From an uncultured Ruminococcus sp. (GTDB lineage Bacteria; Bacillota; Clostridia; Oscillospirales; Ruminococcaceae): 64,000 nucleotides of DNA. Positions 43,993 through 53,750 of the stretch are shown here, piece by piece. Below the pieces are notes generated by a model. It was not told the DNA's origin. It searched no databases and saw only the letters and a list, made by a program, of their open reading frames with translations. The translations under genes were made by a program, and so were the position numbers. Position 1 is the first letter of the stretch. Every line of letters starts with the position of its first letter. The DNA is taken from assembly GCA_947177205.1 (NCBI GenBank), contig CAMWTO010000001.1, forward strand, positions 4,090-68,089, given 5' to 3'.

Positions 43993-46391
43993 TGCAGTAT
44001 ACAAAAGAAACTTTCAAGAAATATTTAACAGGCATTCTCAGCAAGCCTGCCGCTGAATCCACACCGCAGGAACTTCATCAGGCAATCGGTGAAATGGTCA
44101 TGCAGTTGATGGAAACAGACTGGGAGGACAGTCGGAACGCACACAGAAACGCACGGCATGCGTGTTATTTCTCCATGGAATTCCTCATGGGACGGAGCAT
44201 TTATAATAATTTGCTTTGCCTGGGGATCTATGATGAGATGGAACAGGCATTGCAGGAAATGGGGACATCTCTGTCTGTCCTGGAAGAAATTGAAGATGCC
44301 GCTCTGGGCAACGGCGGATTAGGAAGATTAGCTGCTTGTTTCCTGGACAGTGCCGCTACACTGGATCTGCCGCTGGATGGTTATGGCATCCGGTATAAAT
44401 ATGGCTTATTCAAGCAGAAAATCACAAACGGATTCCAGGATGAAACGGCGGACGACTGGACGAGATACGGCGATGCGTGGTCAATCCGCCGGGAGGAAGA
44501 TACAGTTCTGGTAAAATACCAGAATCAGACTGTGAAAGCCGTTCCGTATGATATGCCAGTGATTGGCTATGATACCAAAAATATCGGGACACTCCGGTTA
44601 TGGCAGGCAGAGCCGTTGCAGGAATTTGATTTTAAAATTTTCAATTCACAGAATTATTTGGGTGCTTGCGCCGAGAAAATTTATGCAGAAGACATTTCCC
44701 GGTGCTTATATCCGAATGACGATACCAACGAGGGTAAGAAATTAAGATTAAAACAGCAGTATTTCTTCTGTTCGGCATCCTTGCAGGATTTATTGCGCAA
44801 GCATAAAGAAGATTACGGAAATTTTGACAATCTGGCGGACGTGCTGACAATTCAGTTAAATGACACGCATCCGGTTATCTCGATCCCGGAGCTGATCCGG
44901 TTATTGATGCTCGAAAACATCCCGTTTGAAGATGCCGCAGACATGGCAAGAAAGATTTTCCGGTATACCAATCATACGATTATGGCGGAGGCGCTCGAAA
45001 AATGGTATGCGCCGTTAATTCAGGAATTATTGCCGGAAATTTATCAGATTATCGTGAGACTTAACGAAATGCTGATTGCGGAACTATACCAGAAAGGCGC
45101 AGACAAAAGCAAAATCCGTAAAATGAGAATCATTCAGGACAATATGATTCACATGGCGCATATGGCAATTTTCATGGGCAGTTTTGTCAATGGCGTGGCA
45201 GAGATTCACACACAGATCCTGAAAGATACCGCTCTGGCGGACTGGTACGCATTCTATCCGGAACGTTTCCAGAACAAAACAAACGGCATCACCCAAAGAA
45301 GATGGCTTGCGCTGTGCAATCAGGAATTATCCGGTTTGCTGACAGAACTGGCAGGATCGGAAGACTGGAAAAAGAATCTGGATTTACTGAAAGAATTAGA
45401 TCACTTCGCAGAAGACGAGAATGTCATAAATCGGTTCATGAACATCAAGCTGACGAAAAAGCAGCAGCTTGTGGAGAATATCTATACCAGAGAGCCGGAG
45501 CGCTTTGCAGATCAGGCATCTTGCGAGAAATTCTTTGATCCGGAGAATACTGTGTTTGATATTCAGATCAAGCGTCTGCATGAATACAAGCGGCAGCTCC
45601 TGAATGCGTTTTCGATTCTGTATTTATATTACGGCATCAAGGACGGCAGTATTGAGAATATTCCGCCGGTGGCATTTATCTTTGGTGCAAAGGCTGCGCC
45701 GGGTTACCGGAGAGCGAAAGCGATTATCAAATTTATCAATGAAATTGCCGCTATGATTGATGCAGATCCGGAAGTCAGCGACAAAATCAAAGTTTTCTTT
45801 GTTGCAGATTACAACGTTTCCTATGCGGAGAAATTAGTCGCAGCGGCGGACATCTCTGAACAGATCTCTACAGCCGGCACAGAGGCATCCGGTACGGGCA
45901 ACATGAAGTTAATGCTCAACGGTGCTGTGACGCTGGGGACGTATGACGGCGCAAACGTGGAAATCGTCCAGGAAGCCGGCGAGGAAAATAATTATATTTT
46001 CGGCGCAAGAGTGGAAGAACTGGAGAAAATTTTCCCGATTTACGACAGCCGGAAAATCCTTGCAGAGAATGCAAAGCTCCGGAAAGTTGTGCAAACTTTG
46101 ATGGATGGCACGTTCTCAGATGGCGGCAGCGGCGATTTCAAAGAATTGTATGATGCACTGACCGAGGGTGCAAGCTGGCATGAACCGGATCATTATTATG
46201 TTCTGGGAGATCTCCAGGATTACTGCGACACGAAAATCAAGGCTTTGCAGGATTATCAGGCAGACCGGCTGGAATTTGCAAAGAAACAGTGGCATAATAT
46301 CTGCAATGCCGGGAAATTCAGTTCTGACCGGACAATCTGGGAATATGCAGAAAAAATCTGGCAAATTCAGCCTGTTGTGTTTGCAAATTAA
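43989..46391 (+). CDS. glgP: glycogen/maltodextrin phosphorylase (GT35)
   Basis: 800 aa. ..YFSMEFL.GR...NNL..LG, LGNGGLGRLAACFLDS, and the PLP-site EASGTGNMK motif. ATGA overlap with the malQ stop. Confidence 0.92.
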   Translation: MMQYTKETFKKYLTGILSKPAAESTPQELHQAIGEMVMQLMETDWEDSRNAHRNARHACYFSMEFLMGRSIYNNLLCLGIYDEMEQALQEMGTSLSVLEEIEDAALGNGGLGRLAACFLDSAATLDLPLDGYGIRYKYGLFKQKITNGFQDETADDWTRYGDAWSIRREEDTVLVKYQNQTVKAVPYDMPVIGYDTKNIGTLRLWQAEPLQEFDFKIFNSQNYLGACAEKIYAEDISRCLYPNDDTNEGKKLRLKQQYFFCSASLQDLLRKHKEDYGNFDNLADVLTIQLNDTHPVISIPELIRLLMLENIPFEDAADMARKIFRYTNHTIMAEALEKWYAPLIQELLPEIYQIIVRLNEMLIAELYQKGADKSKIRKMRIIQDNMIHMAHMAIFMGSFVNGVAEIHTQILKDTALADWYAFYPERFQNKTNGITQRRWLALCNQELSGLLTELAGSEDWKKNLDLLKELDHFAEDENVINRFMNIKLTKKQQLVENIYTREPERFADQASCEKFFDPENTVFDIQIKRLHEYKRQLLNAFSILYLYYGIKDGSIENIPPVAFIFGAKAAPGYRRAKAIIKFINEIAAMIDADPEVSDKIKVFFVADYNVSYAEKLVAAADISEQISTAGTEASGTGNMKLMLNGAVTLGTYDGANVEIVQEAGEENNYIFGARVEELEKIFPIYDSRKILAENAKLRKVVQTLMDGTFSDGGSGDFKELYDALTEGASWHEPDHYYVLGDLQDYCDTKIKALQDYQADRLEFAKKQWHNICNAGKFSSDRTIWEYAEKIWQIQPVVFAN

Positions 46392-46405
46392 GGAGATGCT
46401 TTAAA

Positions 46406-47902
46406 ATGCAGGATCATGATACAAATTGCTATGATGTCATTATCGCCGGCGCAGGTGCTGCGGGATTGTATGCCGCTATCAATCTGCCGGAAACAGTAAG
46501 AATATTATTATTATCCAAAAGAGAACTTGCACTCTGCAATACTGCCCTGGCGCAGGGCGGTATTGCCGGAGTTTACAATTCGCCGGAGGATAAGACTTCT
46601 TTGCATGAGAATGACACGTATATTGCAGGGGGATTTCAGAATAATCATAAAACAGTGCATATGCTAGTGGAAGAAGCGGCGCAGGATATTGCAAGGATTA
46701 TTTCGCTCGGTGTGAATTTTGATAAGCTCGGAAATGGGGATTATCACAGGACACTGGAAGGCGGTCACAGCCGCCGGAGAATTTTTCATCACAAGGATGC
46801 AACCGGGCGGGAGATCGCTGAAAAATTACTGGCACATGTGCAGACACTTCCGAATGTAGAAATCCGGGAAAATACGCTGTTATGTGATGTGAAGAAAACA
46901 AAGACCGGCTTTTCTGCGCTCACGCTTCATGATGCACAATACAGAACAGTACACAGTCAATTTTTGATTCTGGCAACGGGCGGCATCGGCAGAGTTTACG
47001 AATTCACGACAAATTCCGCAATTGCCACAGGTGACGGGATTATGTTTGCCTGCAATATGGGCGCAATGATCCGGGGATTGAGTTTGATTCAGTTTCATCC
47101 GACGGCTTTTAATAATCGCCATACGAGAGAATGCTTTTTAATCTCAGAAGCCGTCCGGGGTGAGGGTGCATATCTGTTAAATTGTCATGGGGAAAGATTC
47201 ATGCAGCGTTATGATGACAGACTGGAACTTGCGCCACGTGATGTGGTGTCCAATGCGATTGTCCTGGAAAGCCGGAGAACTGGTTCTGATGAATTTTATC
47301 TGGATATTACGCACAAGAATCCGGAGGAAGTCCGCAACAGATTTCCGATGATCTACCGGAATTTACTGGATCAGGGCTATGATATGACAAAAGACAGAAT
47401 TCCGATTTATCCGTGTCAGCATTATTTAATGGGCGGTATTCAGGTTGATTCTGATTCCAGAACTAGAGTGAAGAATTTATATGCTTGTGGGGAGTGTTCC
47501 AATACTGGTGTACACGGCAATAATCGGCTTGCCAGCAATTCTCTGTTGGAAGCATTGGTCTTCTCCCGGCATGCGGCGCAGGATATTGCCAGAAAACTGG
47601 AAAAATCAGGAAAATTCCAAAATTCTGAAAATTTTGAGAAATATGCTTTTGATTATGAGAACCGTACGGAATGCGTCCCCCACGGTATCCGGACACAGCT
47701 ACGGCATATTTTGCAGGAAAGTTATTTTGTCATTCCCAATGCCGGAAAGACACAGGAAAATTTCAGCAAGGTCTGTGAGATTCTGCATCAGCTCGAAGAC
47801 GGCAGATATATCATCAATGCGGATTATGTAGAGGCAAGAGCTACAGCGACAATTGCGTTTTTAATTCTCAATGAAGCGCTTGTCGAGGAGAAAGGAGTCT
47901 GA
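46406..47902 (+). CDS. nadB: L-aspartate oxidase
   Basis: 498 aa. FAD-binding DV.I.G.G.AGL.AA, ..AQGGIA.., H.GG.., and GEC..TG.HG.NRLASNSLLE motifs. Starts 14 nt after the glgP stop. Confidence 0.9.
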   Translation: MQDHDTNCYDVIIAGAGAAGLYAAINLPETVRILLLSKRELALCNTALAQGGIAGVYNSPEDKTSLHENDTYIAGGFQNNHKTVHMLVEEAAQDIARIISLGVNFDKLGNGDYHRTLEGGHSRRRIFHHKDATGREIAEKLLAHVQTLPNVEIRENTLLCDVKKTKTGFSALTLHDAQYRTVHSQFLILATGGIGRVYEFTTNSAIATGDGIMFACNMGAMIRGLSLIQFHPTAFNNRHTRECFLISEAVRGEGAYLLNCHGERFMQRYDDRLELAPRDVVSNAIVLESRRTGSDEFYLDITHKNPEEVRNRFPMIYRNLLDQGYDMTKDRIPIYPCQHYLMGGIQVDSDSRTRVKNLYACGECSNTGVHGNNRLASNSLLEALVFSRHAAQDIARKLEKSGKFQNSENFEKYAFDYENRTECVPHGIRTQLRHILQESYFVIPNAGKTQENFSKVCEILHQLEDGRYIINADYVEARATATIAFLILNEALVEEKGV

Positions 47903-47905
47903 TTT

Positions 47906-48751
47906 TTGATCATGAAATTATTGCAAAGTTATGTGGATTCTGTGATTCTCAATGCTCTGGAAGAAGATATTCACTATGTCGATGTGACGACAGATTATCT
48001 GCTCCCGGAGGATCACACAAGCAGTGCCTATTATATCGCCAAGGCGGATGGCGTTCTCTGTGGTCTGGAGATTGCAAAGAGAGTGTTTGAATTAGTTGGC
48101 GGTGATGTAGAATTTAAGGCTTATTACAAGGACGGCGATAAGATTCAGAAAGGCGATAAAATCGCCGTTATGACAGGAAATTCCGGGACACTCCTGAAAG
48201 GAGAACGCACGGCGCTGAATCTCTTACAGCATTTATCCGGGATTGCCACAGCAACGAATCATTGTGTAGCATTAGTTGCCGGGACGAAAGCGCAGATCAC
48301 GGACACCAGAAAGACACTGCCGGGATTAAGAAGATTACAGAAATATGCAGTTACGATTGGCGGCGGCAAGAATCACAGATATAATTTGTCGGAAGGCGCA
48401 ATGCTGAAAGACAATCACATTGACGTTTACGGCGGGATTACGCCGGCTGTGACGGCACTCCGGGAAAAGATCGGTCACATGACCAAAATTGAAGTTGAAG
48501 TCCGGAATCTGGAAGAATTGCAGGAGGCGCTTGCCTGCCGTTGTGAGATTATCATGTTAGACAACATGTCCTGTGAGGATATGGCAGAAGCTGTCAGGAT
48601 CACAGACGGCAGGGCATTATTGGAGGCATCCGGAAACGTCACAGAACAGAACATCGCCGAAATTGCAAAAACCGGTGTGGATATTATCTCTCTGGGTGCA
48701 TTGACACATTCGGTACAATGTTTTGATATTTCTATGAGATTTGAGAAATAA
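47906..48751 (+). CDS. nadC: nicotinate-nucleotide diphosphorylase (carboxylating)
   Basis: 281 aa with a TTG start 8 nt after AAAGGAG; ATG 47912 is an alternative. ..ERTALN.LQ..SGIAT.., TRKT.PG.R...KYAV..GGG.NHR..L and ..MLDNM.. motifs. Confidence 0.88.
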   Translation: MIMKLLQSYVDSVILNALEEDIHYVDVTTDYLLPEDHTSSAYYIAKADGVLCGLEIAKRVFELVGGDVEFKAYYKDGDKIQKGDKIAVMTGNSGTLLKGERTALNLLQHLSGIATATNHCVALVAGTKAQITDTRKTLPGLRRLQKYAVTIGGGKNHRYNLSEGAMLKDNHIDVYGGITPAVTALREKIGHMTKIEVEVRNLEELQEALACRCEIIMLDNMSCEDMAEAVRITDGRALLEASGNVTEQNIAEIAKTGVDIISLGALTHSVQCFDISMRFEK

Positions 48752-48805
48752 GAATCAATATTAAATATATTAAATATTATATTAAATTAAAAGGAGTCAG
48801 CAGTT

Positions 48806-49549
48806 ATGAAATTTCGTAAATTGTTGTGTGTTCTCATGTGTTGTGTTACGACTGCCGCACTGGCGGGATGCAGTAAAACGCAGGATTCCGAGACGGATTC
48901 TGCTGGAGAAAATCCCGACAGTACTGTAGGTACAGTTTCCGGGGATGATGGTCAGGTCGAGGAGGTCACCACGCCTGTCCTGACGGAGAATGCAAAGGAG
49001 AAAATGCCGGAGAATCAGCCAAAAGCGGACGGTACCAGCGATATTCATGTGACAATTGAAAGTGTGGAAGTCACGCTTGATGAACTCAAAGCGCAGGATT
49101 ATGTTGTCCCCGTGATGATTACACTGGATGAGAATTCCGGTATTGCCTACTCAGAATGGGGCGCTTTGGTGGATGAGCGGTGCAAATTCACGGCAGACAA
49201 TAAGAAGACAAGTTATTCTGTCTATTATTCGATTAATGAAGAAAAACATTTCATGTGGACGGCGTGGAGTTCCGGTCCACAGATCGAGGACAGTCCCGGC
49301 AGTCTCCTGCAATTGAACGTGACCATTCCGGAAGATGCCGCAGTCGGGGATCATTACGGAATCGAATATCAGTCTATGTCTATGGCGAATAAGCCGCATG
49401 TTTGGAGCAGTGACACAGATAGTTGGGTAGATGACGGCTATGTCACATGGACAGACGGCGGTATCACCATTGTAGATCAGAAAACTGCTACAGAACCAGA
49501 ACCGGAAGCAGAAGAAAATCCGGAACAAGATTCTGATACAGAAGAATAA
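48806..49549 (+). CDS. lipoprotein of unknown function (beta-rich, possibly cohesin/Ig-like fold)
   Basis: 247 aa. Lipobox TAALAGC|SKT, an acidic linker, then a beta-strand-rich domain. AAAGGAG RBS. The fold guess is weak. Confidence 0.55.
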   Translation: MKFRKLLCVLMCCVTTAALAGCSKTQDSETDSAGENPDSTVGTVSGDDGQVEEVTTPVLTENAKEKMPENQPKADGTSDIHVTIESVEVTLDELKAQDYVVPVMITLDENSGIAYSEWGALVDERCKFTADNKKTSYSVYYSINEEKHFMWTAWSSGPQIEDSPGSLLQLNVTIPEDAAVGDHYGIEYQSMSMANKPHVWSSDTDSWVDDGYVTWTDGGITIVDQKTATEPEPEAEENPEQDSDTEE

Positions 49550-49601
49550 AATAAATAATTAATTTTTAAATTAATGTAAGTTCAGACAGGAGGGCTTCGG
49601 A

Positions 49602-51530
49602 TTGTCAAAGTTTTATATTACTACCCCGATTTATTATCCGTCCGGGAATCCCCACATCGGGCACTGTTATACAACAGTTGCTTGTGATTCGATTGCAAGA
49701 TACAGAAGAATGCAGGGACATGATGTGATGTTCCTGACGGGAACGGATGAACACGGTCTCAAAATCGAACAGAAAGCCAGAGAAAAAGGCGTTACGCCGA
49801 AAGCGTACGTGGATGAAACTGTCGCTGTGTTCCAGAAACTCTGGTCTTATATGAATATCAGTTATGACAGATATATCCGGACTACGGATGATTATCATGT
49901 GGAATCTGTCCAGAAGATTTTTAAAAAATTATATGATAAAGGCTATATTTACAAAGGCAAGTATACCGGGAAATACTGCACACCGTGTGAGAGTTTCTGG
50001 ACGGCATCCCAGTTGAAAGACGGCAAATGTCCGGACTGCGGTCGGGATGTGATTGATGCCGAAGAAGAGGCGTATTTTTTCAAAATGTCGCCGTTTGCTG
50101 ACAGAATCGAAGATCTGTTATTAAATACAGATTATTTACAGCCCCGGACACGTGCCACGGAACTTGTCAATAATTTTATCCGGTGCGGACTGGAAGATCT
50201 GTGCGTGTCCCGGACGTCTTTCACATGGGGAATCCCTGTGACATTCGATGAAAAGCATGTGGTTTATGTCTGGATTGATGCGCTGTCAAATTATATTACG
50301 GCGCTTGGCTACGAAAATCAGGCTTATCAGGATTTTGAAACATTCTGGCCTGCGGATGTCCACATGGTCGCAAAAGATATTATGCGGTTTCATGCGATTA
50401 TCTGGCCGGCGATGCTGATGGCACTGGAGCTGCCCTTGCCGAAGCATTTAGCTGTTCACGGCTGGATTACGTTCAACGGTCAGAAAATGAGCAAATCCCT
50501 GGGGAATGTCGTTGATCCGTTTATTTTAGGGGAACGCTACAGCCCGGATGCGATCCGGTATCACATTCTGCGGGAAATGGCATTGGGTTCGGACAGTTCT
50601 TTTTCCAATGAAATCATGATCCAGAGAATTAATACAGATCTTGCAAATGGTCTGGGCAATCTGGTATCCAGAACTGTTGCCATGGTGCAGAAATATTTCG
50701 GCGGAACGCTCCCGGAAGAACGTCAGCCGGAAGAAATTGACCAGGAATTAATGACACTTGCCTGCGGAATCCGTCAGGAAGTGGATCAGTATCTTGACAA
50801 TACACAGATTAATCTTGCACTGACCGAAATTTTCAAGTTAGTTGACCGTGCAAACAAATATATTGACGAGACTGCGCCATGGGTACTCGGCAAGGACGAA
50901 TCCCAGAAAGCAAGGCTTGCCAGTGTATTATACAATTTACTCGAAAGCATCCGGATTATCTCGACGTTACTGAGTCCGTTCATGCCGACGACCATGCCGG
51001 AAGTCTGGAGGCAGATCGGCGCAGAACCGAAACATGTGACTTATGAGAATGCAGCAAAATTTAACGTTCTCCCGGTAACTGTCACAGTCCATAAGGGTAA
51101 TATGTTATTCCCCCGGATTGATGTGGAAAAAGAAATCGAAGAACTGAATCAGATTATTGCACAGAATCAGCCTGCACCGGCATACCAGCCGGAACCGCTA
51201 GCGGATCAGATCCAGATTGAGGATTTTGCAAAAATTGATCTGCGTGTTGCAAAAGTTCTCCAGGCGGAGAAAGTGAAAAAATCCAAGAAATTATTAAAAT
51301 TGCAGTTAGATGACGGCATGGGTGGCAGACAGGTTGTGTCCGGTATTGCGGAATATTACAAGCCGGAGGATTTGATCGGCAAAAAAATTATCCTGATTGC
51401 GAATCTGAAACCGGTGAAGCTCTGCGGCGTGGAGAGCTGTGGCATGATCTGTGCGAGTGATCTTCCGGACGGGAGCATTGCGGTGCAATTTGTAGATGAT
51501 AAATTCCCGTGTGGTGCAAAATTAAGATAA
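49602..51530 (+). CDS. metG: methionine--tRNA ligase with C-terminal tRNA-binding (EMAP/Trbp111-like) domain
   Basis: 642 aa with a TTG start 8 nt after AGGAGG. HIGH motif (P.GNPHIGH), Zn knuckles C.PC....C..C, KMSKS, and C-terminal ..DLRV..V......KKSKKLLKLQ.D.G...RQVVSGIA. Confidence 0.93.
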   Translation: MSKFYITTPIYYPSGNPHIGHCYTTVACDSIARYRRMQGHDVMFLTGTDEHGLKIEQKAREKGVTPKAYVDETVAVFQKLWSYMNISYDRYIRTTDDYHVESVQKIFKKLYDKGYIYKGKYTGKYCTPCESFWTASQLKDGKCPDCGRDVIDAEEEAYFFKMSPFADRIEDLLLNTDYLQPRTRATELVNNFIRCGLEDLCVSRTSFTWGIPVTFDEKHVVYVWIDALSNYITALGYENQAYQDFETFWPADVHMVAKDIMRFHAIIWPAMLMALELPLPKHLAVHGWITFNGQKMSKSLGNVVDPFILGERYSPDAIRYHILREMALGSDSSFSNEIMIQRINTDLANGLGNLVSRTVAMVQKYFGGTLPEERQPEEIDQELMTLACGIRQEVDQYLDNTQINLALTEIFKLVDRANKYIDETAPWVLGKDESQKARLASVLYNLLESIRIISTLLSPFMPTTMPEVWRQIGAEPKHVTYENAAKFNVLPVTVTVHKGNMLFPRIDVEKEIEELNQIIAQNQPAPAYQPEPLADQIQIEDFAKIDLRVAKVLQAEKVKKSKKLLKLQLDDGMGGRQVVSGIAEYYKPEDLIGKKIILIANLKPVKLCGVESCGMICASDLPDGSIAVQFVDDKFPCGAKLR

Positions 51531-51555
51531 TCAAGATAATTATAATTAATTAAGA

Positions 51556-51650
51556 TAATGCAGGGGAGCTTGTGAGACAGGCTGAGAGGGAATTTTAAAA
51601 AAATTCCGACCCTTTTACCTGATACGGATAATGCTGTCACAGGGAGTCAG
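51556..51650 (+). promoter_or_regulatory. TPP (THI-box) riboswitch aptamer
   Basis: GGGGAGC...GGCTGAGAGGGA...GACCCTTTTACCTGATACGGATAATGCTGTCACAGGGA matches the conserved CUGAGA and ACCUGAU..GGAUAAUGC...AGGGA cores. It precedes a thiamine transporter gene. Confidence 0.88.
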
Positions 51651-51675
51651 AAATTAAAATTCAGATTCAATCATG

Positions 51676-51713
51676 ACAGAGACATTCTGGAAACAGGATG
51701 TTTCTGTTTTTTT
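51676..51713 (+). terminator. riboswitch expression-platform terminator
   Basis: ACAGAGACATTCTG (51676-51689) / CAGGATGTTTCTGT (51694-51707). 14-bp stem with two G.U pairs and a GAAA loop, followed by TTTTTT. Confidence 0.8.
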
Positions 51714-51738
51714 AAATTTAAAGCGAGGTAGTTTGATT

Positions 51739-52407
51739 ATGAGTACATCAAATACATCCGGTACAGCTGTGGCATCGAGTCATGCCAGAACGCTCCGAAT
51801 GGTGGAAACAGGGCTTTTGCTGGCAATTGCAACTGTGTTGTCCGTCATTCAGCCGTATCAATTGCCATTCGGCGGCGGCATTACGGTTGCCAGTATGCTG
51901 CCGGTTGTCCTGATCTCTTATCGGCATGGCGTGAAATGGGGTTTGTTTTCAGGATTTATTTACAGTCTGCTACAGATGGCAATGGGATTCGGGACGGTCA
52001 AGAGCTTCTTTGTGCCGGAGGACTATGCAATCTGGGCAGGGATCGGGATTGTCCTGATGGATTATGTCATTGCTTACACTGTCCTGGGATTCGGCGGATT
52101 ATTCCGGAATCAGTTAAAAACAGCTCCGGCTTTGTGTCTGGGGACGGTCATCGCACTGTTATTCCGGTATATCGTGCATATTATTTCAGGCGCTGTCTTT
52201 TTCGGCGCATGGGCAGAGTGGTTCTTTACGCAGGATGGATTTTATACAATCGGTGCGAAAATTGTAGAGAATTTTTCCGGTGCAAGCCTGGCTGTGATTT
52301 ATTCTGTTTTTTACAATGGCTTGTATATGATCCCAGAAATCATTGTAACTGTGATTGTTGCTTATGTCGTGAGTAAAGTACCGGCAATTGCGAAGAAAAT
52401 AAATTAA
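51739..52407 (+). CDS. thiT: ECF-type thiamine transporter S component ThiT
   Basis: 222 aa from ATG 51739, 9 nt after GAGGT. About 6 TM segments. ..E.GLLLA.ATVLS........P.GG.IT...MLP....S.R.G...G...G......L motif pattern, and control by the TPP riboswitch. The upstream part of the track ORF lies inside the terminator. Confidence 0.8.
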   Translation: MSTSNTSGTAVASSHARTLRMVETGLLLAIATVLSVIQPYQLPFGGGITVASMLPVVLISYRHGVKWGLFSGFIYSLLQMAMGFGTVKSFFVPEDYAIWAGIGIVLMDYVIAYTVLGFGGLFRNQLKTAPALCLGTVIALLFRYIVHIISGAVFFGAWAEWFFTQDGFYTIGAKIVENFSGASLAVIYSVFYNGLYMIPEIIVTVIVAYVVSKVPAIAKKIN

Positions 52408-52526
52408 AATATAATTTTGATAAATTTTTCACAAAGTTACTGGTGTATTTCTACAAAATACAGTTGTCCGTTTACAGCATATTTTACAAAATACACTGCA
52501 TTCTGAAAAGAATCGTGCAGAATCAC

Positions 52527-52555
52527 TTGACTTGTGCGGAAAAAAATAGTATAAT
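52527..52555 (+). promoter_or_regulatory. sigma-A-type promoter for serC-serA
   Basis: TTGACT - 17 nt (TGTGCGGAAAAAAATAG) - TATAAT. Confidence 0.7.
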
Positions 52556-52632
52556 AAATACTGTCAGATTGCAATCTGTAGATTGCAGTTTCCTACAAAT
52601 TTATTTTAAAATCATTCCGGAGGTTGATACCA

Positions 52633-53718
52633 ATGAGCAGAGTTTATAATTTCAGCGCAGGTCCTGCTGTCCTGCCCGAAGAAGTTCTGAAAGAAGCAGC
52701 AGAAGAAATGCTGGATTACCAGGGCACTGGCATGTCCGTTATGGAAATGTCCCACCGTTCCAAGGCGTTTGATCAGATTATCAAGGACGCAGAACAGGAT
52801 CTCAGAGATTTAATGGGCATTCCGGATAATTACAAAGTCATGTTCCTCCAGGGCGGTGCATCCCAGCAGTTTGCAGCCATTCCGATGAACCTGATGAAGA
52901 AGGGCAAAGCTGGCTACATCATCACTGGTCAGTGGGCTAAGAAGGCTTATCAGGAAGCCAAGAAATACGGCGAAGCTGTAGAACTGGCATCTTCTGCGGA
53001 TAAGACTTTCTCCTATATTCCAGACTGCACAGATCTGCCGATTACAGAAGACATGGATTATGTATATATCTGCCAGAATAATACCATCTATGGTACAGTT
53101 TATAAAGAACTGCCGAACACCAAGGGCGTGGAACTCGTTGCAGACGTTTCCTCCTGCTTCCTGTCTGAACCGGTGGACGTTTCCAAGTATGGCGTGATCT
53201 ATGGCGGCGTGCAGAAAAATGTTGGTCCTGCCGGCGTTGTTATCGTCATCGCAAGAGAAGATCTGATTCCGGAAACGCCGGCTGTAGAGAATACACCTAC
53301 CATGCTGAACTGGAAGACACAGGCTGACGCAGATTCTCTGTATAATACACCGCCGTGCTACGGCATTTACATCTGCGGTAAAGTGTTCAAGTGGCTCAAA
53401 AAGATGGGCGGTCTGGAAGCAATGAAAGCGCTCAACGAGAAGAAAGCGGCTATCCTGTATGATTATCTGGATCAGAGCGAATTATTCAAGGGAACTGTTG
53501 AGAAGAAAGACCGTTCTCTGATGAATGTTCCGTTTGTCACAGGCGATAAAGATCTGGATGCAAAATTCGTAGCAGAAGCAAAAGCTGCCGGCTTTGAGAA
53601 TCTCAAAGGACACAGAACCGTTGGCGGTATGAGAGCATCTATTTACAATGCAATGCCGATCGAGGGCGTACAGGCGCTTGTAGAATTCATGAAGAAATTT
53701 GAGGCTGAGAATAAATAA
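52633..53718 (+). CDS. serC: 3-phosphoserine/phosphohydroxythreonine aminotransferase
   Basis: 361 aa from ATG 52633 (MSRVYNFSAGPA.LP..VL). ..SHRS..F.., ..QGG.S.QF.., and ..GG.QKN.GP.G... GGAGG RBS. Confidence 0.92.
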   Translation: MSRVYNFSAGPAVLPEEVLKEAAEEMLDYQGTGMSVMEMSHRSKAFDQIIKDAEQDLRDLMGIPDNYKVMFLQGGASQQFAAIPMNLMKKGKAGYIITGQWAKKAYQEAKKYGEAVELASSADKTFSYIPDCTDLPITEDMDYVYICQNNTIYGTVYKELPNTKGVELVADVSSCFLSEPVDVSKYGVIYGGVQKNVGPAGVVIVIAREDLIPETPAVENTPTMLNWKTQADADSLYNTPPCYGIYICGKVFKWLKKMGGLEAMKALNEKKAAILYDYLDQSELFKGTVEKKDRSLMNVPFVTGDKDLDAKFVAEAKAAGFENLKGHRTVGGMRASIYNAMPIEGVQALVEFMKKFEAENK

Positions 53719-53750
53719 TTAAAATTTCTCAGTTTTAGGAGGTTTTTCCC

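Noticed and set aside
49550-49601. Looked for T-box leaders upstream of metG, and likewise upstream of proS at 28687-29129.
   Set aside because: The spacers are far too short (52 nt before metG). proS is preceded by a small CDS and a plain promoter. No specifier loop or T-box sequence (AGGGTGGNACCGCG-like) is visible.
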